Virus record (IMG/VR): IMGVR_UViG_3300031998_000011
Span: 1-64,000 of that record
Reading direction: 5' to 3' (one strand)
Length of the DNA: 64,000 nucleotides
Origin: a virus
Taxonomy: Duplodnaviria > Caudoviricetes
The position numbers and the translations under genes are program-made. Shown in pieces: positions 1 through 10,100 of this stretch. The notes below the pieces were generated by a model. It worked only from the letters and a program-made list of their open reading frames with translations. It was not told the origin of the DNA and did not search any database. Numbering within the stretch: the first letter of the stretch is position 1; the number at the start of each line of letters is the position of its first letter.

Positions 1-245
1 TACCTGTGAGAAGCTGTTCCGTGGCTGCAGACGGTAGCATGTTGTTCACTGGTTTGTTATCCGCTTCGGATCTTATAGGGTCCAAACCGACCAAGCGGTC
101 CCGGATCACGACGGCAACTCTGGTGTCCATGAACGAGGACCCGACGAAGGACAGATTTGTCTATACCGCACTGCTGTCGAACCAGATACCGCTGATCACA
201 GGGACGCACATTGTCATTGACTTACATATGAAGATCGGAGGCTAA
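1..245 (+). CDS. 3' end of a probable virion protein gene (truncated by window edge)
   Basis: Open frame ends at TAA 245 and contains the GGAGG RBS for the next gene; sits in the structural cluster. Confidence 0.5.
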   Translation, partial: PVRSCSVAADGSMLFTGLLSASDLIGSKPTKRSRITTATLVSMNEDPTKDRFVYTALLSNQIPLITGTHIVIDLHMKIGG

Positions 246-246
246 G

Positions 247-2238
247 ATGTCGGATACGACAATCAGCACCTACACGGTGCCCCTCATAGGCAACCAGACG
301 GCGCCAACCAATGAAGCCGCTGTTGCTATGCTTGACAACTCCCTGTCCTATATTCAGGGTGCTTTGAACGAACTGGCTGGACGCCAGGCCGAGACGGATA
401 CCAAGAACGCTATCATTCAGCATGATGTTCCAATCAGTGCTGATGTCAGCGCTGGAACACTGGTCTACTTCAATTCTGAGACATCTACATACGAGCCCGC
501 ACTTGCTGTCCTGCTTCCGCTGCCCGGCGAGAACGGCGCCAGTATCGAAGCACCGAGTGCTCGTGTCGAAGGTATCATTCTGTACGCGGACAACAACCAG
601 GCGACTGGCACTTTGCTGAGAGGTGGGTATTACAAGAGTGATACCGTGGCAGATAACTGTCTTGGTACTGACGCAACAGCAGGTACCTACTATCTGTCAA
701 CTACGACGGCCGGCAAAGCAACAAAGGACACCAACGGTCTGCTTCGCCAGCCTGTGCTTTCCTATTATGGCGATGGTATGTTCAGCCTGACTCTGTTCTA
801 CATGGCGCATGACAGTCACTACCACACGACAGCCATTTTGACAAGTGCCTGGACAGCTGTCAGTGAGGACGACGAAGATGCACCGGAAAATGCCAAATGG
901 ATCTATGATGGTTCACTTCTGGCAAGTGCGTACGTTGGGGTCCTGTCCAGGGTGACAACCGCTGTGTTCTGGAATGGTGAACTTCAGCCGACGCTGACCG
1001 ATACCTCGTCGCAGTTCGACATCGTGAACGGCAAGCTCTACGCAAAGACCGCTGATGCACCTGCTGCAAACAGTGTGGTTATATTCAATCACTTCCCGTT
1101 CGCATACAACAGTTCGGTGGTGCGCAGCATCCAGTCTTCCAATGAGAACATGTTGCGTGTTACGGATGCCAATGGTGTCGTAATGCTGACCCCGTACGAT
1201 TTCATTGCCGGTGATTCTGCGCCGGCGCAGCTGGCTGTGTCCAGCATCGTGGAAGGGAAGGTCAGCTACACACCTGTCGTGTCCGGTATCAATGCGGGCC
1301 CTGGCATGGCTGTCAGTCGCAACATCAACGGCATTACAACGGTCTCACTGAAAACGCTGGTTGGTGATCAGATCGACGCCTACAGCATCCAGCATAATGG
1401 CACGACGCTCATCACGGACGGTGTGATCCAGTACATAACCTTCCCGCAAGGTCGTTCCTCCGAGTTTGTCATGTTCCTGCCTGTGACTGATGTACCGGAA
1501 GGTGTCACACTCCAGGCATATGCTTGGGGCACCATGAAAGACAGTTCGGCAACGCTGAATGTGACTGGCTACTTCATTCCACAGCCAACTGCTGATAACC
1601 CGACGACTGTTCCTAATACAACAGACCTGACCAATACAGTGTCCCTGGCTTTCAGCGGAACGACTGATATGCTGTCTTACAGCGAAGTCGCGCTGACCGG
1701 CTTCACGGTTACACAGCCTGGTATGCTGGTCGCGAGAGTCAGGACACAGGGAACGGCATCGGCGAACTACAAGCTGCTGCGCGTTGGCTTTAAGCTGGCC
1801 GTCGCGGAATCCAACAGCTCCTCGGCAATCACACCTGATCCGGAGGCAATCGGTATGGTCACAGGCACACTTCCGGCCGCTCAGGCGATTAGTGCTGGTC
1901 AGGCGGTCTACATCAACGCTGATGGCAAGCTGGCTGTTTGCGTGGCGAATAACCAGGGTCTTGCCGGCGCATGCGTCGGTATCGCCATGAACGGCGGTTC
2001 GACCGGCACAGAAATCACCTATGTTATCAGCGGCATACTCTCCGGCGGTTCCGGCTTCGTTCCTGGTACTCCGGTTTACATAAACACGGACGGCTCACTC
2101 ATCAATCTCACCTCCGACGCGGCTCTGGAAACATTCCTTGCTGGTACTGCCATGTACATCCAGCGCGTTGGTACGGCCGTCACAACGAACCTGGTGCAGG
2201 TCGCTATTGAACCTGCCATAACCAAGGGCGCAGTATGA
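247..2238 (+). CDS. Virion structural protein (tail/baseplate-like)
   Basis: 663 aa, Thr/Ala/Gly/Ser-rich, beta-prone; N- and C-terminal G-x-x-VY...GIA...G-x-x-YY segments typical of virion decoration/tail modules. Confidence 0.55.
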   Translation: MSDTTISTYTVPLIGNQTAPTNEAAVAMLDNSLSYIQGALNELAGRQAETDTKNAIIQHDVPISADVSAGTLVYFNSETSTYEPALAVLLPLPGENGASIEAPSARVEGIILYADNNQATGTLLRGGYYKSDTVADNCLGTDATAGTYYLSTTTAGKATKDTNGLLRQPVLSYYGDGMFSLTLFYMAHDSHYHTTAILTSAWTAVSEDDEDAPENAKWIYDGSLLASAYVGVLSRVTTAVFWNGELQPTLTDTSSQFDIVNGKLYAKTADAPAANSVVIFNHFPFAYNSSVVRSIQSSNENMLRVTDANGVVMLTPYDFIAGDSAPAQLAVSSIVEGKVSYTPVVSGINAGPGMAVSRNINGITTVSLKTLVGDQIDAYSIQHNGTTLITDGVIQYITFPQGRSSEFVMFLPVTDVPEGVTLQAYAWGTMKDSSATLNVTGYFIPQPTADNPTTVPNTTDLTNTVSLAFSGTTDMLSYSEVALTGFTVTQPGMLVARVRTQGTASANYKLLRVGFKLAVAESNSSSAITPDPEAIGMVTGTLPAAQAISAGQAVYINADGKLAVCVANNQGLAGACVGIAMNGGSTGTEITYVISGILSGGSGFVPGTPVYINTDGSLINLTSDAALETFLAGTAMYIQRVGTAVTTNLVQVAIEPAITKGAV

Positions 2239-3236
2239 CGAATCTTGAAGAGCAGTCTCTGGAATACCTGAACCAGAACATGCACCGAAATTATCCTATT
2301 CAGGACACGTGTATCGTCGTGAGCGAGGATGGGACTTATCTCCCGTCTTCGTTCCTGGTCGATATGAAACTCAACATACCTGTCGATATCGGGGATACAA
2401 CGACTATCGACACAACCAAATTCTTTGTCTCGGCAGTCAACCATTACTCGGCATCCGTACAGGTGGTCATCAGTTATCAGTACGATGACAATCACTCCTT
2501 TGAGTGCGCCTGTTCCTCTGCCATTGTAACAGGAACTGGCAGTACACCGTATCCGACGGTTGTATCACTGACACCGGCCTCCGGTATCCCGGACGACGCT
2601 GCTTATAACGCACTTCGAGGACTGTCCGGGGAACTGTATATAGGGTCTACAGAAGAGCTCGTAAATATGGGCTCTCTGAAGTTCACGATGCAGACAGCTC
2701 CGATCAACCCGACGTGTATCACGAAGACGGCGCTCATCACAAACATCGTGACGAACATCACCGTACTCGGTTCAGATGGTCAGGCAGTTGCTACCGTTAC
2801 AGGAAATGTGACTCTGCAAGCAGGTGACGGAATTAAGTTCACATGGGATGCCACACACGGTCTTCTCACAGTGGCTGTTGATGAGGAATGGCTGGCTGAT
2901 GAAGTGCGGGCTATTCTGGAGGATGGTGAGAGTGCTGTCTCGAATAATCCGATCAGGAAGATCAATGGTATCAGACCTGACAACAACGGCAACTTCGTTA
3001 TTTCTGGGCTGGACTGCACGAATGTGAGCGGAAGCGGGGCACACGGCATCTCAATCGACAATCCATGCTCCAGACCGTGCTGCAGCGAGGAATCCGGCGA
3101 TCTTGTGGATATCAAGGATTCCCAGTCACAGCTGGCTGAGAACGTGAACCGTATCAGCCAGAGTCTCGACTCATTTATCCTCAGCCTGAACAACGTTGAA
3201 ACAAGACTTCCTTCGCTGGTTGCCAGCAGAAAGTAA
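2235..3236 (+). CDS. Putative baseplate/tail protein
   Basis: 333 aa, ATGA overlap with upstream gene; 'IRKINGIRPDNNGNF' motif, Cys cluster and coiled-coil C-terminus. Confidence 0.5.
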   Translation: MTNLEEQSLEYLNQNMHRNYPIQDTCIVVSEDGTYLPSSFLVDMKLNIPVDIGDTTTIDTTKFFVSAVNHYSASVQVVISYQYDDNHSFECACSSAIVTGTGSTPYPTVVSLTPASGIPDDAAYNALRGLSGELYIGSTEELVNMGSLKFTMQTAPINPTCITKTALITNIVTNITVLGSDGQAVATVTGNVTLQAGDGIKFTWDATHGLLTVAVDEEWLADEVRAILEDGESAVSNNPIRKINGIRPDNNGNFVISGLDCTNVSGSGAHGISIDNPCSRPCCSEESGDLVDIKDSQSQLAENVNRISQSLDSFILSLNNVETRLPSLVASRK

Positions 3237-3242
3237 GGACTG

Positions 3243-4817
3243 ATGATTCAGCCAACTGGAATTAAAATCGGAAATGGAATAAATGCCGCTGAAACCGGTG
3301 ATACCCTGACTGTCGGAATCAGCAGGGATGCCGTGCTCGCTGCTGTAAAGAGCAATGCAGTGTACAGCATCAATGGCAAATACGCAGCACCAGATGGCTC
3401 GTTTTTCATAGGTGGCTCGGCATGTGACAGCTGGGTCGAGGTTGCAGGGGGTACCGCCAAGGGAACCACCGACGTGATCGACCAGGCTGTTTATGGCGGC
3501 ACTGCAGGCATCGCGCTGGTTGACCTGTGCCCGGCCTGTACGACTTGTGACACCTTGTTCCGTATCAAACAGGAACTGGAATGGCTCGATATCTGGGTCA
3601 ACATGATGAAGGACGTCATGCTGCATTACAATGAGGGCACTGGCTCAGCTGTAGCTCCTGTGCACACTGGCGGCCTTGACTGGAACAAAGAGAAACTGGA
3701 ATCCATGCGCATCATAGGTTCTACGGTGTCCGATAACTGCACGGCGTCCTGGGTTCCTATTGAAAAGATGGATGCCAAGCAGCTCCTGCAGCAGTACATC
3801 ACAGTGGTCCACATGTGGAACTATGCCGTGGTGCAGAACAATGCCAGTTTCCGTATCGAAATCGCACCAGAGGATACAGCAGGCTTCGTTGTGCAGACAA
3901 AGCGTGCTCTCCCGAACTGCGATGGTACCTGGCGCATTCGCTGTACCGTGACAGTCAGTTACGATCATCGCGTCATGGACGACGGCAACATCAGTACGGC
4001 AAAGCAGGACCTCAGCGTGTTCGTTCCAGAGCCTACGCTGTGGTTCAAACCTTTCAGGATGGAAGAGAATGGTGTTACGGTCGAGCAGGCTGCACTGCAG
4101 ACTGATACAGAGGTCGGTGTTCCGGGATCCGAGGATACGGGCATGACGATTCTGACAGAAGCCAAGGTCCATGTTACACATGACCAGAACTGCACGACCA
4201 AGACGATACAGACAGACTTCATAAAGGCGCGTGTCGCAGGTACATATGGTCTGGATTTCAAATTCCTGCCCTTTGTCAACTTCGTGATGTACGACAAGCA
4301 GAATCATGTCATTTCTGTTCGTGGCGGCACGATCAATATCACAGGCAGGACTGTAGGCGACAACGTCTACTATGACTTTGCACCTGACCACACTAGCCGG
4401 CAGCCTATTGTGGCACCCACAAAGGATGATTACCTGAATGCGAAAACGGCACCCACGGCATCTGTACCATTTAACAATGTCTGGCGTGTGGAAATCAAGT
4501 GGGAGATCGGTAAGCCGGAATCCTACGAGGAAGAGAACCTGATCGGATTCACAGAGATCAGAAGAACAACGTCCTCAGAGGAAGGGAATGAGGTTCCTGA
4601 GATCACCACGCTGGTTCCTGGTTCAACAACTTTTGAGGAGGCGCTTGCCGGCTACAATGTGCCATTTGAGTCTGAGTCCTTCTTCGAGTACAAAGAGACC
4701 AGGATGTATACCACAACCGGTGCCCGTGAGCCGAACAACCAGGCTATTATAACAGGCTCCACAATACCTGTGGATGTTCCCGTGACATCCAGTACACAGG
4801 AATTGACGACAACATAA
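3243..4817 (+). CDS. Putative tail/baseplate protein
   Basis: 524 aa, RBS AAGGA; 'VYSINGKYAAPDGSFFI' motif related to the preceding gene; CPACTTC. Confidence 0.5.
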   Translation: MIQPTGIKIGNGINAAETGDTLTVGISRDAVLAAVKSNAVYSINGKYAAPDGSFFIGGSACDSWVEVAGGTAKGTTDVIDQAVYGGTAGIALVDLCPACTTCDTLFRIKQELEWLDIWVNMMKDVMLHYNEGTGSAVAPVHTGGLDWNKEKLESMRIIGSTVSDNCTASWVPIEKMDAKQLLQQYITVVHMWNYAVVQNNASFRIEIAPEDTAGFVVQTKRALPNCDGTWRIRCTVTVSYDHRVMDDGNISTAKQDLSVFVPEPTLWFKPFRMEENGVTVEQAALQTDTEVGVPGSEDTGMTILTEAKVHVTHDQNCTTKTIQTDFIKARVAGTYGLDFKFLPFVNFVMYDKQNHVISVRGGTINITGRTVGDNVYYDFAPDHTSRQPIVAPTKDDYLNAKTAPTASVPFNNVWRVEIKWEIGKPESYEEENLIGFTEIRRTTSSEEGNEVPEITTLVPGSTTFEEALAGYNVPFESESFFEYKETRMYTTTGAREPNNQAIITGSTIPVDVPVTSSTQELTTT

Positions 4818-4826
4818 AGGAGTAGC

Positions 4827-5633
4827 ATGATTACCACCTTCATCAACGACAGGAAACTGTCGGATTATCCGTTCTGCAAACTGGAGGAGCCTCGTCCGTT
4901 CCCACCGGGTTGCATTACGTATCTTGGCGTTTGTATTCATGGTGCCGAAGATGGTTATCCGCTTTTTGCGTCTGCCATCAGTATCTCTATGGATGGCGTA
5001 CTGGTCTCAATCTGCAAAGAGCTGTCTGAAACAACATCTGCAAGTATCGGCTCAATCTATGTAGCAGCTGACAAAGACTCTGCTGGTATCGAAATATCGA
5101 ACTCCACTGTTCACTGTGACATCAATATGATGATTGACAGGTCCATGTTACAGAACTCCTTTGGTAACTACAACGGGAAGTTCTATCTGGATCCAACCTG
5201 TGTTACATACATGAGTGATTCCGTATACGGGGTCCAAAAAGGGCTTGTGATAAACGGATCGACCTACACGGTTGACAGCCATGTCAATTTCTCCTGTGCA
5301 GGAGACCTGATCAAATTTACAGAACCTGTTGCAAACGTTACAGGTACAACTTGTACTACATACCTGAAAGCCAGTGCTGATGTCAACGAGTACGCGCTGA
5401 CTGACAACACGACTGTCTCTGAGAGTCCAGTACAGGCTGTGAACACGATACAGATACCAACCGGAGATGCTACTCAGACATATCCAATGTTCGGAATCCT
5501 ACCGGACCCCGAAAGTAACGCTGTGACAATGGTGGCCAGCGGCAGCACAACCGAGCCGGCTGATCTGGTTCTTGAGATTTGGGGTAATACGGACTTCCCG
5601 AACTGCTATAAAGGAAAGGGGGACCAGGCCTGA
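4827..5633 (+). CDS. Putative virion protein
   Basis: 268 aa, RBS AAGGAG, in the structural operon. Confidence 0.45.
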   Translation: MITTFINDRKLSDYPFCKLEEPRPFPPGCITYLGVCIHGAEDGYPLFASAISISMDGVLVSICKELSETTSASIGSIYVAADKDSAGIEISNSTVHCDINMMIDRSMLQNSFGNYNGKFYLDPTCVTYMSDSVYGVQKGLVINGSTYTVDSHVNFSCAGDLIKFTEPVANVTGTTCTTYLKASADVNEYALTDNTTVSESPVQAVNTIQIPTGDATQTYPMFGILPDPESNAVTMVASGSTTEPADLVLEIWGNTDFPNCYKGKGDQA

Positions 5634-6394
5634 TGTTGGACTACAAGAACAACCTTGACAGGACGGCAGAGGGTTCCATCTCCAACTGGCCGTTCACGTA
5701 TGAGAGCACAAGAGACACTGGAGACGGTGTCATGGAGTCCGGCGGGTTCTTGTCTGTGTCTATCAATGTTGACCAGTCTGTCGCGCTCCCGTGTCGTTTC
5801 AAAGGTGTTACAGCAGACGGACGTCTCGTGATCTGTGACGCAGCCGGCGCAGAGGTCTGCAGTGGCCAGCTCTATGCAGCCAGTGATCAATCTGACTACA
5901 GCTCCTTCTTTCTATACGACCAATATGCTGCGCTTCGTGGCTTCATCTGCTGCAAGACAGATGTCTGCATTCAGCTATGGATGCTGTCCAAGTATGCGAA
6001 TGACATGCACTACTTTGGAAACAAGTCTTTTGTGTTGCTTCCGCAGTGTCATGTGCAGTCTATACAGGGTACTGCGAAGACGTTTGGTGTAAATGGCAGA
6101 TTTACGGCAGCAAACCTGATTATTCGCTGTTCGAATGCTACAGATCATAGAACCTGGAATGTGCTGCCAGAGCGCGTCGATGTCACTGAGAATGGCACGA
6201 CACACCACAAGCTGTCCTTCAGTGTGTACAACATCATAGACCCAGGCCCGAATACCTGGTGCAGAGTTTATGCGGCTGACCAGATCTGGAACGTGGAGGG
6301 CTGCAATCTGATCATAAAAGCCGGTCTGACCAGCAACTTGCGTGTCATCACTACAGACGCTTCAATTATACTGAGAGGTGTCCTCGATGCTTAA
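5633..6394 (+). CDS. Putative virion protein
   Basis: 253 aa, TGATG coupling; N-terminal 'WPF' resembles the 'YPF/YPI' of neighbouring genes. Confidence 0.45.
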   Translation: MLDYKNNLDRTAEGSISNWPFTYESTRDTGDGVMESGGFLSVSINVDQSVALPCRFKGVTADGRLVICDAAGAEVCSGQLYAASDQSDYSSFFLYDQYAALRGFICCKTDVCIQLWMLSKYANDMHYFGNKSFVLLPQCHVQSIQGTAKTFGVNGRFTAANLIIRCSNATDHRTWNVLPERVDVTENGTTHHKLSFSVYNIIDPGPNTWCRVYAADQIWNVEGCNLIIKAGLTSNLRVITTDASIILRGVLDA

Positions 6395-7160
6395 CGACCT
6401 GAAAGACCTGAATATCAGTTACCCGTTCATGCCAGTGGCATCCATGCCGGAGTTCTTCGGCAACGTGAAGAACATGCGTGTTCTGATCGAGCTTCCTGCG
6501 ATGCAGCCGGTGGACAACGGTAAGAACGGCGATTTCATTACGGCGATCCTGAAGGGGTTCCATAATGACGATGGTGACAAAGCACGTGTTCATATTGTGT
6601 GCGCCAGTTACGGGTATGCAGAAGACATCGAGGTGCCTGTGTTCTACGGAACGCTGCCAACAGGCAATTCATGGCTCTACACAGACGGCCCTGTACCTAT
6701 GACTCTCGACATGAACTACAGGATTCATCCGTCCTGCCTTATATTCCAGCAGCTGGCCCCAGTACTGCGCCTTGAGATGCCCAGTAGTGGTTTACCACCG
6801 GTTGATGTCAAATTGGAAGATGACGACGTTCTGAGTCCCTATATGCTGGACACAGATCTGTTCACATGGGATGACTGGCTGGAGCTTGTGAACGGAAACA
6901 ATGTCGAAGTGTCCGGATCGTCCGATAGCGTAGTCTTTATGGGCGCTGCCGGTATAGGCAGAGGTACGTTCCCTGTATCGCCATATACAACAGACAGCTC
7001 TGTAAACGGTCGTCGTGGCGTCGGGCTCCGCAGTATCAATGGACTCGCAGGTAATGTTCTCATACAGCCTGACCGTTCTGTTGATATAAGGGAAGACGAG
7101 TTGGCTGTTGGCGGCAGCACGATTGGCGTTGTCTACGTCAGAGACGTTATACAGGAGTAA
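6387..7160 (+). CDS. Putative virion protein
   Basis: GAGGTG RBS before ATG 6387; 'YPF' N-terminus and 'LRSINGLAGNV' motif shared with neighbours. Confidence 0.45.
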   Translation: MLNDLKDLNISYPFMPVASMPEFFGNVKNMRVLIELPAMQPVDNGKNGDFITAILKGFHNDDGDKARVHIVCASYGYAEDIEVPVFYGTLPTGNSWLYTDGPVPMTLDMNYRIHPSCLIFQQLAPVLRLEMPSSGLPPVDVKLEDDDVLSPYMLDTDLFTWDDWLELVNGNNVEVSGSSDSVVFMGAAGIGRGTFPVSPYTTDSSVNGRRGVGLRSINGLAGNVLIQPDRSVDIREDELAVGGSTIGVVYVRDVIQE

Positions 7161-7166
7161 GCATCT

Positions 7167-10100
7167 ATGATTCGTATCGGTACAAACAGGTGCGGCTATA
7201 TCGGCTACACCTGCCGTGGTATCCCTCAACTGCATGGAAGTCATGAGACAGTTGTCGAGGGCACCACAATCACTGTGCAGCATATGTTCAATGAGGCCAA
7301 TGAGCTGGTCTCCGCGATGCGCCAGGAGTTCGATAAACTGCCTCTGCGCATCAAGGGCATGGTGTTTGCTGCCGATACGATCAACATGGGATGGCCTGAA
7401 GGCGGTCCGCATCCTGAAGTTCCCGAAATCAGCTGTCGCTACGATACAGACCCGTTTTCAATCAGCAAAAAGGTTGCAGAACAGAGCAACCATATTGCAG
7501 TTGCGATCAGCGGTCAGACATACCAGTACCCCGTGTTTGGCAGCACAAATGGCTGGGTTGATCTGTTCAATGCCTGTGATGTTGCAGGTGGTACGGATGG
7601 ATACTGCTACAGACGCGATGTGTTCTTGGAAAAGACACTGGATACGGAAGAAGGCGGTGTCACTGTCAAGGGACACACGCTGGCACTTGTGGACAACATC
7701 CCGGCATTTGTATCAGGCAACACAGAGTATATCATGGGTCCTGGTCTGTTGGAGCCGATGCTGGACACAGACTTCGATCCGATAGATATAGACACGATAC
7801 CGGCATGGGAAGCGGGTGATGACAGTTTCATTTTCACGACGACTGTGCTAGGCGCCTGGAAAGGTGTGGTTGATGATCGCTTCAGAAACGTCTATGCCAG
7901 ACTGAACAACATTCCAACAGCGGCAACAGATTACAATCTGCGTGATCTGAAGCGGGAAGAATATGAAAACACGGATTGTCAGAACTTCAGAATCAACCTG
8001 TCTTCTGGTGACTCCTTGCAAACAAGGGGGAACCAGATAGCAAACCTGTACACGGTGACGGACGGCCAGGTTGCTGTGGATGACTACACTGTCTATGTAT
8101 CCGGTGATGTATTCACAGTCGAACCGGCTGTGGAATATCCTATCTATGTCTGGGTTCGTGTCTACGAGACCGATAGCACAGGCGAGACCACAACAGCCGA
8201 GATCGTTCTGCTTGATGATTCTTATAGCATAGGTGATGAGCTTAGCGGTGGTGAAGTCATAGCAAAAGAGCAGATCTCTGTTCCGGGCTCTGTGTACAGG
8301 TATAAGTACACTGTCCAGTTCGATGATGGTCGCAAATACACAGGGCTGCTGTTCTTTGGCTTCCCTCTGCCGGATGCTGATGATCATGTTGTAGTCGTTG
8401 GTGGCGTCCGCAAAGTGTTTGGCGGGACAGACGATGACTCGTTTGTGCTGTTTAAGATCTTCCAAACAGAGTGCTCTCCTGTGATGAACTTTGCCAGTGA
8501 CGCAGAAACGGGTCTACATGGCGTCATCGACTTTGATATAGACGGAAACGAAATCATCACACCGCTTCCAGGATCAACAGTAACACCTGCACCTGGTATT
8601 GTTCAGCCTGCTGTGAACATCGCACTGGTAGTCAATGGCTCTACGGAGACGAACACACAATCGACCACGGATGTTCCGACTGTAGAAGCTGTTTACAATT
8701 TCATACACGGTATCACAGCTTATAATGGACCGGTTGCCAATGCGAAGGCTACGGAAGTAGAACTGTCTGGTATTTCCGGTAGCACTGTGTTTGGCGAACC
8801 TGTTGATTATGTGATTCCAATCAACAAAGACAGATGGGCGCAGAATACAGAAGATGAAATCACTGGATACACTGCTGCCGAGAGCATGTACGAAGCCGCC
8901 AAGGCGGCATGGGAACTTGCTGGCGAGCCCACAGAAGGCGAGATCTACGAGGCTTACATCGAGGCCAGCACAGTATACAGCGATGCGTACTACACTGTCT
9001 ATGGTTATGTTTCTGATGGTGAACCGGGCACAACATATGTGATAAACAACATAGTGCTCATGAACGGTGACATGATGGGTGTTGCAGCCACAACAGCTCC
9101 ATCAGTTAGAGCCGTTTATAACTTTGTTCATGATATCTACGCGCTTTCTACAGCCGGCACGATTCTGGTGAATGAGCAAAATGTTCCGTATGTCAGTCAC
9201 GGAACCCCTGGTACTGTCTTCACTATAGACAGTCTGGACAAAGCCAGATATGCGGCCGAGGAGTACTACCAAGACGAGGTACCGACAGTCCGTGCCGTGA
9301 TCCAGTATGTTGAGGGTAGAGCTTGTCCAAGTGCTGTAAAAGGCATCATCTCTGTCAGTGCAGGTACGGAATCCCTGGTTTCGGTGCAGGGAACCACAGC
9401 GGCTGCTGGTATTGTTCAACCGGTCAAGAACATTGACATCGGAACACAGGACCCGAACAATGTGTCACCGGATGCTGTTCCTACAGTTCAGGCCGTGTAC
9501 GACTTCATACATGGGTACACAGTCACGAACTACAAGGTAGCAGATGCCAAAGCGACAGCAGACGAAACCATCGCGGTAGCCGGCTCTACTGTCCAGGTCA
9601 AGTGTGGAACATCGGCCGTTCCAGGCACGTTCTATGTCACGAATGACATGACCAGCATAACAGATACAGTGACCACATATGTAGCTCCTGAAGCTGTGCC
9701 TACGGCCATGTCCGTGGTGAACTATATCAGGGCATACGTTGCAGGACACACAGCAACAGCTTCCAGAATTTCTGTGAGCGATGACAGTCCATACGAGTCA
9801 CTGGATGCCATACACACGACTGGTACTGTTGATGTTTCTCGTTGTATCAACCTGAATCGGACGGTTAACAAAAGACCGGAGTCTTCCAGGGTTGTGCCGA
9901 CTGTTGAGGCTGTTTATAATTTTGTGCACGACCTCACTGATTTCTACTCTGGTTCCACAATGTCAGCGCAGTCGTCTCAAGCCACAATAGGAACTATAAC
10001 AGGAACTACTACAGGTACCAGTTCTGTTATTACAGGTGTGACTGCTTCTGGTTGCGTTACTGGTACATACAAGGTGGTTGACAAGATAGTTGGTGCCACA